Assembly (NCBI GenBank): GCA_963827235.1
Contig: CAWHAE010000016.1
Location: 64,001-128,000 of the forward strand
Source of the DNA: an uncultured bacterium
Lineage (GTDB): Bacteria > Chloroflexota > UBA5177 > JANWHV01
Length of the DNA stretch: 64,000 bases
Reading direction: 5' to 3'
Both the position numbers and the translations under genes were made by a program. Below are positions 1 through 9,600 of this stretch, one piece after another. Under the pieces are notes generated by a model that had not been told where the DNA came from, searched no databases, and was given only the letters and a program-made list of their open reading frames with translations. How positions within the stretch are numbered: position 1 is the first letter of the stretch; every line of letters begins with the position of its first letter.

Positions 1-246
1 GGTCCGATCGTCGAGCAGCTTGCAGGCGAGTATGCGGACCGCCTTCGCACCGTCAAGGTCAACGTCGACGATAGCCCCCAGGTCGCCATGCAGTATGGCA
101 TCCAGGGCATCCCGACAATCGCGGTGTTCCAGAAGGGCAAGGAAGTCAAGCGACTGGTCGGCGCGCGGCCGCGCGCCGAGCTGGTGCGCGTGGTAGACCA
201 GGTGCTGGCTGCCGAGGCGCCCAGCGCGGTTCGTGCTGAATCGTAG
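1..246 (+). CDS. trxA: Thioredoxin, 5'-truncated by the window edge
   Basis: Frame +1 reads GPIVEQLAGEYADRLRTVKVNVDDSPQVAMQYGIQGIPTIAVFQKGKEVKRLVGARPR...*, the typical Trx segment after WCGPC (KVNVD, GIPT, VGA). Confidence 0.85.
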   Translation, partial: GPIVEQLAGEYADRLRTVKVNVDDSPQVAMQYGIQGIPTIAVFQKGKEVKRLVGARPRAELVRVVDQVLAAEAPSAVRAES

Positions 247-266
247 ACGGGTACTGCACGTCCCAT

Positions 267-310
267 GCAGTGCCGTCCGGCGTGTATGCCGGACGGCACT
301 GCTGCTTTTC
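267..310 (+). terminator. Intrinsic terminator, possibly bidirectional
   Basis: 15-bp perfect stem GCAGTGCCGTCCGGC / GCCGGACGGCACTGC followed by TGCTTTTC, between convergent trxA and HDOD genes. Confidence 0.8.
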
Positions 311-341
311 TGCTGGCCTCGCCTGGAGAGTAACTAGCCTC

Positions 342-1193
342 CTACGCCGAGCCCTGCTTCGCCATTTCCATCACCTGCTCGGGCGGTATCACCGGGTCGT
401 CCGGTAGAGCGACCCGCTGCGATACCGGGTAGAGCCCGTCGACCTGGCCCGCGACGGCGTTGGCAAGATCGATGATTGCCGGCAGCATGGCCGAAGCCGG
501 CGCCGGGCGGGAGTGGTGCAGCGTTATGGCATCGGCAAGATCGCGCGGCAGCGCCCAGAGCGCCGCCAGGTCGCGGCCAACCGCCGCGTGGTCGGTGCCC
601 ACACCACGTTGCTCGAGGATCACGATAGGCGCTTCCAGTTGCTCAGCGAGCTCCGTAAACGGTCGTGTCGTGGGCGCGCCCGGGCTGCTCTGCTGCGTCA
701 CCGCATTGATGATCACCTTGCCGATATCGTGGAGCAGGCCAGCGCTGTATGCCATAGCTGCGTCCGCGTAGCGCACCTCTTTTGCGATGGACATCGAGAG
801 CGTTGCTACCAGCTCGCTGTGGCGCATAAACGCGCCGGAGGCCAGGCCATAGAGGCGCAGCTCTTTCTGGCCCGCACTTGCTACTCCCCAGGTCAGCACG
901 ATCAGGCGGGCCTGCGCAGTACCGATCAGACGCAGGGCTTCGCCAATGTTGCCGACCCGCCCCCGTACGCCGAAAACTGGTGAGTTGGCCATGCGCAGGA
1001 TGGCGGCTGCAATACCTACGTCACGCGCGGCAACATCCGCGATCTTGCGTAGCGATGCGTCCGCGTCATCGAGCAGTGCCAACAGCTGGACGGCCGTCGC
1101 CGGCAGGGGCGCCAGAGATTGCAGCATCTTCTTGGTAATCTGAAACGGCACCGCGGCGTCCGGCTGCCCTTCGGGGGCTGTTCGGTGTGTCAT
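342..1193 (-). CDS. HDOD-domain signal transduction protein
   Basis: LAPLPATA, ILRMANSP, AGLLHDIGK, HAAVG...WALP...AI.LHH motifs; start set at ATG 1193 after GGAG. Confidence 0.9.
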   Translation of the reverse strand: MTHRTAPEGQPDAAVPFQITKKMLQSLAPLPATAVQLLALLDDADASLRKIADVAARDVGIAAAILRMANSPVFGVRGRVGNIGEALRLIGTAQARLIVLTWGVASAGQKELRLYGLASGAFMRHSELVATLSMSIAKEVRYADAAMAYSAGLLHDIGKVIINAVTQQSSPGAPTTRPFTELAEQLEAPIVILEQRGVGTDHAAVGRDLAALWALPRDLADAITLHHSRPAPASAMLPAIIDLANAVAGQVDGLYPVSQRVALPDDPVIPPEQVMEMAKQGSA

Positions 1194-1231
1194 CAGGGCC
1201 CTCCATGTAGTCCATAGTAGTCCTGCAATAC

Positions 1232-1258
1232 ATATCGGCATATTCCCCGAAAAGTGGA
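1232..1258 (-). promoter_or_regulatory. Putative sigma28 (FliA/SigD) promoter for the HDOD gene
   Basis: Minus strand TCCA-N15-GCCGATAT versus consensus TAAA-N15-GCCGATAA. Confidence 0.5.
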
Positions 1259-1342
1259 GCGCCGAGGTCTGGTGATTTTCCCGATTCTGCCGATTAGACT
1301 TAGAGAGCGCATGAGCGCATGAGCGCGGGAGGAGTTACACCT

Positions 1343-1987
1343 ATGGAAGAAGCTGCTGGAGGGCCAATTCCCGTCCTTCCTCCATCGTTAGCCGCGGTGT
1401 TCATGGAGGCTCTCGCCTACGCAGGCGCTCAGCTCGCCGGACTCGTCGAGCGAGATATCCAGTTCCGTGGCTCGCACGCGGCATACGTGCGCCTCGAAGA
1501 GCTAGTGGAAAGCTACGACTCGGGATCGGACGACCCGGTCACGGCGGCGTACATAGCATTTGCGGGCGGCATAGACGGGCACGTTCTCCTCTGCATGACG
1601 CCCGAGGCGTCGGAATCGCTCTCACGAAGCTTGCTCATGTGCGACGACCTGGACGCGCCGCAGATGCGGTATCTTGCCGACTCCATGATTGGCGAGATCG
1701 CAAACGTGGCTGCATCGGCCTTCCTCAACGCCGTCGCCGACAGCGCTGGGCTGATGGTTCTTCCCACCGCGCCGTGCGTGATGCACGACATGCTGGGCGC
1801 CGTGTTGCAGACCATCGTCGTCGAGATCGCTCAGACGCAGTTATTCGGAATCACCATCGAGACGCAGATCCTGGTAGACGGCGACGTGCTGGGCGGTACG
1901 CTGGTCCTCCTTCCCAGTGTAGACTCGTGCAGCCGGCTCGAGCAGATACTCTCGACACGTCCCACAGCGCCGCACGCTTCCGGCTAG
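1343..1987 (+). CDS. cheC: CheC/CheX-family chemotaxis phosphatase
   Basis: SMIGEIANV (ExxN) motif, FLNAV..P..P....DMLGAVL, LVLLP C-terminus; GGAGG RBS before ATG 1343. Confidence 0.8.
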   Translation: MEEAAGGPIPVLPPSLAAVFMEALAYAGAQLAGLVERDIQFRGSHAAYVRLEELVESYDSGSDDPVTAAYIAFAGGIDGHVLLCMTPEASESLSRSLLMCDDLDAPQMRYLADSMIGEIANVAASAFLNAVADSAGLMVLPTAPCVMHDMLGAVLQTIVVEIAQTQLFGITIETQILVDGDVLGGTLVLLPSVDSCSRLEQILSTRPTAPHASG

Positions 1988-2410
1988 CCGGCCGGTTCTC
2001 ATGCCGGCGTCCAGCCTCCATGGGGGCTGGCGATAGCTGCCGCGCCTCTCCCGCGGTCCCGGCGGGGAGGGGTGCCGCTTGGACGTAGCTCATCGCGGCT
2101 AACACCCGGCGCGGTGGGGCTGTGCCCTGCGCTCCTGCCGCGATGGCGGCGAGCGCTCTTCCAGGGCTGCAAGGGCGTTCCGGCAGCCGGAGCGGCTTCC
2201 CGGGTTGCCGCGGTGGACGGGCTGCCGGTTCAGCACCGGCGAGTACGGTCCGCGGCCTGCGGTCCTACTGCTCGCAGAAGGCCGATCTGCAGACGAAGCG
2301 CGCTAAGGCGTACTACACTGATAGAATTGCAGTCATCGAATTCGACATGTGCCGGCACATTGCCGGCGCGAACGTCGACGGGACGGTCATGGTTGACGGG
2401 AGTATTCCAC

Positions 2411-3337
2411 GTGACGCCACGAGGATGGGCGTTGTTTGCCGCGCTGTCCGTATTCTGGGGGATCCCCTACTTCTTCATCAAGATCGCGGTGAAGGACATC
2501 GATCCGTCGGTCGTCGTCTTCTCAAGAGTCGGCATCGCTGCCTTGGTCCTTCTGCCGCTGGCCTGGCGCCGCGGCGCACTGCAGGCGGTGGCGGGCCGCG
2601 CCGGTCCGGTCGGCCTGCTTGCCCTCGTCCAGATAGCGGTGCCCTTCTTATTGATCAGTTATGGCGAACAGCACGTCGCATCGTCCATGACGAGCCTAAT
2701 CGTCGCCTCGGAGCCACTGGTCGTGGCCCTGCTCGCCCTTCGCTTCGACCACAATGAGCGCGTCGACGGACCCCGCTTCGCCGGGCTTGTCGTGGGCGCG
2801 GCGGGCGTAGCAGTGCTCGTCGGACTGGACACTAGCGGAGACGGGCTGCGCCTGGTAGGAGCGCTTTGCGTGCTGGTCGCAACCACCTGCTACGCGGCAA
2901 GCGCGCTGATGATGCGGTCGCCGGCCTACTCACGCCTCCCCAGCCTCGGCGTGGTCGCCATCGAATGCGGCATGACGACCGTCCTGTTCGCGCCGCTTGT
3001 CGCGGCACGCTTGCCGTCACATCTGCCCGGCTGGAACGTCTTTGCCAGCCTGATCGCCCTTGGCCTGGTTTGCACCGCCCTGGCAGAGCTCACCTACTTT
3101 GCTCTGGTCGCCGAGGTAGGAGCAAGCCGTGGCATCGTGTTCACCTACGTCAACCCGGTGGTATCCGTGCTGCTGGGAGTGGCGTTTCTCGCCGAGCCTC
3201 TCACGATCTCGATCCTCTGCGGCTTCGTACTGATACTCGCAGGATCCTATTTCTCCACCGGCGGCAGGCTGCCCCGCCTGCTCCAGCGCAAGGACACGAT
3301 AGCGGCGGCCTCGGAATGGCGCGACGGGTGCGCATGA
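2411..3337 (+). CDS. EamA/DMT family transporter
   Basis: About 10 hydrophobic segments; WGIPYFFIKIAV and TYVNPVVSVLLG motifs; GTG start after GGGAG. The ORF-track N-terminal extension looks spurious. Confidence 0.9.
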   Translation: MTPRGWALFAALSVFWGIPYFFIKIAVKDIDPSVVVFSRVGIAALVLLPLAWRRGALQAVAGRAGPVGLLALVQIAVPFLLISYGEQHVASSMTSLIVASEPLVVALLALRFDHNERVDGPRFAGLVVGAAGVAVLVGLDTSGDGLRLVGALCVLVATTCYAASALMMRSPAYSRLPSLGVVAIECGMTTVLFAPLVAARLPSHLPGWNVFASLIALGLVCTALAELTYFALVAEVGASRGIVFTYVNPVVSVLLGVAFLAEPLTISILCGFVLILAGSYFSTGGRLPRLLQRKDTIAAASEWRDGCA

Positions 3338-3409
3338 GCGGCAAGCCTGGGCGCGGCGCCGCGAGTCCGAAGCATACCGTGTGCCCTACGAGCCATCGCA
3401 GGCCTCTGC

Positions 3410-4750
3410 TCACCGATCGCGGTAGAGATCGTCTCGGGTCGGCGGCAGCTCGCACCTACCTCGGGCGCCGGAGCTAGACAGTAGGAGCTGTACGAGACCG
3501 AGATCGCCGGCGCTGAAGCCGTGCGCCGCCCCCGACATGTAAAGACGCCACACCCGATAGGTCGGCTCGCCTACCAACCGCGCTGCTTCGACGTGCCGCT
3601 CCTCCAGGCGCTTCACCCAGTGCCTGAGCGTACGCTCATAGTGCTCGCGCAGGTTCTCGAGATCGCGAACCTCCCAACCCGCACCGGCAGCGGCTCGCGC
3701 GAGCTCCCACGAATGCAGTAGCTCGCCGTCCGGAAACACGTAGCGCTGGATAAACCGGCCTTCTCCGCGCGCGGACGACGCGACCCGGCTGAGCGGGTTT
3801 CCGCTCCCCGCGGCACCTTGCTCCACGATGCCATGAGCCAGAAAGAGGCCGCCTGCCCGGACGGCCCGGCGAGCGACGGCGAAGTAGCGGTGCATGTTCG
3901 CGCGTCCAACGTGTTCGAGCATGCCGATGCTGACAACCTTGTCGAACACCGCCCCCTTGGCGAGGTCCCGGTAGTCGCGCACCTCGATCGTCGCCCTGTC
4001 AGAAAGTCCGGCAGCGGCCACGCGTTCGCGCGCCAGGCCGGCCTGCTCCCGGCTAAGGGTGATACCGGTGGCTCGCACGCCATACCGCTCCGCGGCATAC
4101 AGCACGAGTCCGCCCCAGCCGCAGCCGATGTCGAGCAGGGTCTCGCCCGGCTTCAAGCGCAGCTTCCTGCAGATATAGTCCAGCTTCGCCTCCTGAGCCT
4201 CGTCGACGTCCTCGTTCCCTGTCGGAAAGTAGGCACAGGAGTAGACAAGTCGCTGGTCCAGCCATAGCGCGTAGAAGTCGTTGCCCACGTCGTAGTGCGA
4301 GCGCACGCTCGTGGCATCCCGTTTGCGCGAATGGCGGCGTGCTAAGCCACGGCGGGCCTGCGACGTTCTCCCGTCCATCGACTCGCGCACCGGGCCTTGC
4401 GGCAGCTGCCTGGCCAGTGACAGGATTCGTGCCAGACGCAGTGGCGAGCGAATGGACCCTGAAAGCGACTGCGCGAGAGCCATGACCGCCTCCATGTCGC
4501 CTTCGACGTCGAAGTCGTCGCGCAGATACGCTTCAGCGGCGGCGATCTCGGTCGGAGGCAGGAGCATGCTCCGCAGGGCCCACGGCCCTTGCAGCACAAT
4601 CACGCACGATGGCGCGGGCGAAGGATCCTGGGGCTCGACGGAGCCATCCCAGTAGCGGACCTGGAAGCCGCGGTCCGCCGGGGCCCCGAACAGCATCGTC
4701 ATGATCTGCCTCGACCGTTCGATATCCATCGGGTCTCGACCAGGTTCCAT
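3410..4750 (-). CDS. cfa: Cyclopropane-fatty-acyl-phospholipid synthase family SAM methyltransferase
   Basis: HYDVGNDFY, YSCAYF, LDIGCGWGG, SIGMLEHVG, YVFPDGEL, HYERTLRHW motifs. Confidence 0.92.
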   Translation of the reverse strand: MEPGRDPMDIERSRQIMTMLFGAPADRGFQVRYWDGSVEPQDPSPAPSCVIVLQGPWALRSMLLPPTEIAAAEAYLRDDFDVEGDMEAVMALAQSLSGSIRSPLRLARILSLARQLPQGPVRESMDGRTSQARRGLARRHSRKRDATSVRSHYDVGNDFYALWLDQRLVYSCAYFPTGNEDVDEAQEAKLDYICRKLRLKPGETLLDIGCGWGGLVLYAAERYGVRATGITLSREQAGLARERVAAAGLSDRATIEVRDYRDLAKGAVFDKVVSIGMLEHVGRANMHRYFAVARRAVRAGGLFLAHGIVEQGAAGSGNPLSRVASSARGEGRFIQRYVFPDGELLHSWELARAAAGAGWEVRDLENLREHYERTLRHWVKRLEERHVEAARLVGEPTYRVWRLYMSGAAHGFSAGDLGLVQLLLSSSGARGRCELPPTRDDLYRDR

Positions 4751-4898
4751 CTCTCCCTCCCAATCCTGCCGCGACCATTGCCACGCTCACCATAGCAACC
4801 GCCCGACGAGCCAGATACCGCGGGCAACGTCGATACGGCCACGGATCAGCCGGCGCACCGGCCGGCAACCAGGCTTCAGGGCAGCCGCGGCAGCCGGG

Positions 4899-6563
4899 TT
4901 AGCCCTGAAGCTCCACGTCGCGAAATTCCATAGTCACGAACCAGTCGTCGATATCCTGGAGCATAACCGCTGAGGCCTGGCGGGCCACCGCGTGCATAGT
5001 CGGCAGGTCGGGAGCGCTATCCATCCGCTGCTGGAGGCTCCTCAAGTAGCGGGCCATTCTCCCGCTACGTTGCGCGTTTCTGCGGTGCTCGCGCTGGGCG
5101 CCAATGGCACCCAGTGCGCTCGCCGTGGCCGGCAGGGCGACCGACATGTAGACGACCACCGTCGTCCAGGGCGGCGGCTCACCCGTGGTATCGGCCGTGA
5201 TGCCAAAGGCATTCAAGCCGGCAATAACCAGCGTTGAGAAGAAGATGATCACCGACGTGTTTGAGATGAGCCTGTTGTTCCACTCGTGGCGCCGGCTCTT
5301 CTTGAGCTGGTAGGACGCCTGATCGCCGATCCAAGCCCCGGCCAGGATGTGCCGCAGGCGGTCGAGCGGCATCGACGGATCGGGCGCCGGCCGGTGGCTC
5401 CAGATCTCGTCGTACGCTCGCTCGAGCCAGGTTTCCGATGACTGGTGAAGGTCCACGTGCTCGGTCTCGCGCTCGCCCTGCCGGTCGAGGCTGACCAGGG
5501 CAAGAAACATGGCCGAGCGCAGCCGCTCGGCCAGAATGCGGTGGTAGATCCAGCCGCGGTGATACGAATGCCGCCTGACCAGGTAGAGAACGATCAACAC
5601 GAGCAGCATGGCAGCGGACTCAATGAGGGGAAGCGGCCTCAGACGGTCGAACAGGCGCACGTTCACGAGCCAGGGCACACTGTGCGCGAGCTCCGCGCCG
5701 GCGGAGGCGATGACGGCCAGGGCGGTGAGGATCACTATGCCGTCGCTGAGCCTGAAGAACCGCCGTTGGTAGCGCACCGCGAGCATGTCGGCACGCACGA
5801 AATGCGGGGCCAGCCAGTCGCAGAACGGCGCTACCAGGCGGCCGGGTATGCCACTCTCGGCGGCCTGTCGCAGGACCAGAGCCGAGTAGTCGGCGACGCT
5901 CTGACGAAACCTCTCCGCGGGCAGGGCCGCGCCGTTGTACCGATCGAGATCCTGGAATGCCGCGGCGTCCAGGCCGTCGCCAAGCTCTTCGGTCAGCTCG
6001 AGCGGCGGCGCGGTGTGCACCCAGAGCAGAGGAACGCGCCGGTCACGCGCCCAGTCGACGACGTCTGCCGTGCCTCCCTGTCCGCGCGCCGGCTGCCCGT
6101 CCCATAGCGCAACCAGGATGTCGCAGCGCTCGACCACGAAACGCCCGGCCTGTTCGTACGACTCGTCGCGCGTCTCTGCGGCAGGCAGCTCGACCACACG
6201 GATGGCGCGGGCCAGGAGAGCGTCGAACTGGTCGCGCGAGGAGGCGGTGCCGAAATCGGTCCTGTAGTCGTCCGCCGGTAAGGGCAGTATCGCCTCGAGC
6301 TGCGCGGCAGGATCCTCGAGCACGGCCTCGGCAAGCAGGCGGTCGGCGCCCTCGGCGAGGCTCGAAACGATGGAGAAGCAGATCGGCGAGCTGCTGATCG
6401 CCGCTGCCAACTCTCGGGCTCGGTGCAGCGAAGCCGACACCAGGTCGGAGACAGCCCGATCATCGGCAAGATTGCGGTGGCCGGTAACGCCTATGCGCAG
6501 CCTGAACGGCACGATCCCGCTGTCGTCCTGCACCACTTCTCCCGACTTCTGGTCGAGTGCCAT
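4899..6563 (-). CDS. YpsA-like SLOG domain fused to two SLATT-like 2TM domains; putative nucleotide-gated membrane effector
   Basis: N-terminal IGVTGHR, SSLAEGAD, ILPLP, LVALWDG...GGT (SLOG); ADMLAVRYQRR-2TM-W..HR.LAERLRS (SLATT/DUF4231-like); WIGDQASY-2TM-REHRRNAQRS (second SLATT-like). Confidence 0.8.
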   Translation of the reverse strand: MALDQKSGEVVQDDSGIVPFRLRIGVTGHRNLADDRAVSDLVSASLHRARELAAAISSSPICFSIVSSLAEGADRLLAEAVLEDPAAQLEAILPLPADDYRTDFGTASSRDQFDALLARAIRVVELPAAETRDESYEQAGRFVVERCDILVALWDGQPARGQGGTADVVDWARDRRVPLLWVHTAPPLELTEELGDGLDAAAFQDLDRYNGAALPAERFRQSVADYSALVLRQAAESGIPGRLVAPFCDWLAPHFVRADMLAVRYQRRFFRLSDGIVILTALAVIASAGAELAHSVPWLVNVRLFDRLRPLPLIESAAMLLVLIVLYLVRRHSYHRGWIYHRILAERLRSAMFLALVSLDRQGERETEHVDLHQSSETWLERAYDEIWSHRPAPDPSMPLDRLRHILAGAWIGDQASYQLKKSRRHEWNNRLISNTSVIIFFSTLVIAGLNAFGITADTTGEPPPWTTVVVYMSVALPATASALGAIGAQREHRRNAQRSGRMARYLRSLQQRMDSAPDLPTMHAVARQASAVMLQDIDDWFVTMEFRDVELQG

Positions 6564-6603
6564 GATCCGGCACCTGGTCTGCTTCCGGCGCGAACGCGGC
6601 CGG

Positions 6604-9600
6604 CTACTCGTGCAGATACGTTGTTCGCTCAGCCGGCGTCAGGGTCCGAGTCTCCTGTTGGGCCGCAAGAGCCAGCAGCTGACTTTGCGATCCGCAGATT
6701 CCGCACGTGTGCACGCGGATCTCGCCGTCCAGGCCGGACGAGAGCACCGAGCGGCCGTCGGGGCCGAACGACGCCGTGAACACGCTGGCGCCGTGCCCTA
6801 CCAGGACGGCATCTTGCGTCCAGTCGCCGACCGACCACAGGCGCACGGTGTCGTCGACACCGGACGTAACGATCCACCTGCTGTCGGGGCTGAACTCCGC
6901 GTCGGACACGAAGCCGGTGTGCGCCTTCAGCACGGCGATACCCTCTTCCGTCCCGGCATCCCACACTCTGGCCGTGCTGTCGTCGCTCGACGTGACCAGG
7001 TATTTACCGTCCGGACTGTAGGCGACGGTCCACACCAGCGAGCTGGAGATCGATGCTTGGCGCAGCTTATGCCAGTTGTCCACAGAGTAGAGAATCAGCA
7101 GGTGGCTGGTCACGGCGCCGTTGGCAATCACGGCCAAGGTGCGGCTGTCGGGACTGAATGCCACCGAGGCAGCGGTGAAGAGCTCGCCCTTGGCGAGTCC
7201 CTGGAAGCCTCGCAAGGTCGTCACCACTTTCCAGGCAGGCACGCTCCACACGACCACCGTGCCGTCGGCGCCGGCGGTGGCAAGCAACCGGCCGTCGGGG
7301 CTGAAGGCCACCTGGTTCACCCCGCCCGAGTGCCGGCCGAGATTCTGTAGACGCTGCCACGTTCGCGTGCTCCAGATCCACGTCGATCCGTCGTCGCTGG
7401 CCGTGGCCAGCATCGAGCCGTCCGGGCTGTAGATCGCTTGCTTGACCTGACCACCCTGACCGGTCATGGTCGTGATCGGCCTGCCGGTGCGGCCGTCAAA
7501 GACTCGCGCCGTGGCGTCCTTCGTGACGGCAACAATCTGGGAGCCGCTCGGACTGTAGGCAGCCTCGAGAAGCGCGGCGCCGGCCGGTACCGCGGCAAGG
7601 ATGCTGCCGGCATGGAAATCCCAGATGCGGGCCGCGCCGTCCCGATTGCCGGTCAACACCGAGTTGCCGTCCGGGCTGAACATGGCGCTGTAGACGTCAC
7701 CGCCGGTCGAGCGCAGCGCCGCCAGCGGATAGCCGCCTTGCGCGGCCCATACCCGGCTCGTGCCATCGCCGGCCGCGGTCACTATGAGTCGCCCGTCCCG
7801 GCTGTACGTTGCGCTCCAGAGTATGATGGTCTGGCCGGCGAAGAGATAGGCGCTCATCTCGCCCGTGTCGACGCTCGAGACCAGTGCAGCCCCTTCCGAG
7901 CCGGCGGTGAGCACATAGTGACCGTCGGGGCTGAAGGTGAGCGAGTTGATGTGATTGCCGGAATGCCCGGTGATCACCGAGAGCAGCTTGCCGTCCGGCA
8001 CGGTCCACACCCGTGCCGTGCCGTCCCAGCTCGCGGTGGCGACGTAGCGGGAATCCGGGCTGAATGCGACCAGATCGACGATATCTTTGTGACCGCTCAG
8101 CACTCGGAGGCTCCGGCCAGTTCCCGCATCCCAGAGGCGGGCCGTGTAGTCCGCGCTCGCAGTCGCCACATAGCGTCCATCCGGGCTGTACACCGCATCC
8201 CATACCGGGTAGGTGTGACCGGTCAGCACGAGCAGCTGGCGGCCGGTGCGCGCGTCCCAGATACGGGCCGTGTCGTCGTAGCTGCCGGTCAGAATCCGGC
8301 TGTCGTCAGGACTGAACGAGGCCGCGATCACCGGGCCCTTGTGGCCCCGAAGGATGTTCACCAGGCGCCCTCCCGGCACCTCCCAGACGCGGGCGGTGTC
8401 GTCGACGCTCGTGGTCACGAGGTATCGGCCGTCGTGACTGAACGCCGCAACCAGGACGTAGCCCGTGTGGCCGGTGAGCACGGCCAGGGTCCTGCCGGTG
8501 CGCGCGTCGAAGATGCGCGCAGTGTGGTCGTATCCCGCCGTGGCTACATAGCGGCCGTCCGGACTATACGCGGCCCCAAACAGCAGTCCCTTGTTGCCTC
8601 GCAACACCTCGCGAGGATAGGGTTGGCTCAACGCCTGCCTCAGCGCCTCGGTCGCCTCGCTGGTGCCGGCCCTGCGCACCGCCGAGTCCGCCAGCAGCAG
8701 GCTGAGCTGAGGATCGCTGTCGAGCTTCGCCAGCGAATTCGCCGCCAGCTCCCTGGAGATAGCGAGGTTGCTGGCCGTCACGGCCTCACTTCGGCGCTGC
8801 TCGGCCAGAGCCTGGGAGGCCCTGGCCGCCTTCTCCGCGGACTGCGCCTGATTGGTCCGCTGAATGGCGACGATCGTAGCGATGACCATGCACACGGCCA
8901 GCACGCCGAGACCCAGCGAGAACAGGCGTGCGACCCGCGCGCGCCTGCGCTCTGCCTCCGCCTGCCGGCGTTCCGACTCGGCCAGGCGCTTGGCCGCCTC
9001 GAGCTCTCGTCGCTGCCGTTCCTGCTCCTGCTCCTCCTCGCGCCGCTGCGCGAGCGCGCTCTCGTCGAGAAAAGCGCTTTCCAGCTCGTTCAAGCTGTCG
9101 GCATGCTGCGATTGCCACTCCAGCGCCGTTGCCAGTCGCGCCCCACGATAGAGCGTGCTCTCGTCGCGATCGAGACGCTGCCATTCCAGGGCTGCCTCGG
9201 TGAGACGCCGCTGCACGCGCAGGCCGCTCCGATCCTCGTCGATCCAGGACCGGAGCTGCGGCCATCCGCGGATCAGCGCTTCGTGCGAGACCTCGACCAT
9301 GTGTCCGTGCGTCGCTTCGTCCTCGCTGGTGGTCAGCAGCCTGGCCGCCACGAGGGCATGTACTACCGCGTCGACCGACCCCGCCTGAGCCGCGCCGGTG
9401 GTCAGCTCGCTGAGCGAAGCCCTTCGCCTCGTGTCCTCAGTGCCTTCGCCAGGCTGCGTCAGGCGAAGGAGCGCCCGGCGCGCGATGCGCTGCTCGTCGT
9501 CGCTGAATTGGCTGAAGATCGTATCCGCGCGCTTGGCAATCGCACCCTGGACGCCGCCACTTTCCCTGTACGCTTCCAGCGTCAGCATATGGCCGCGCCT

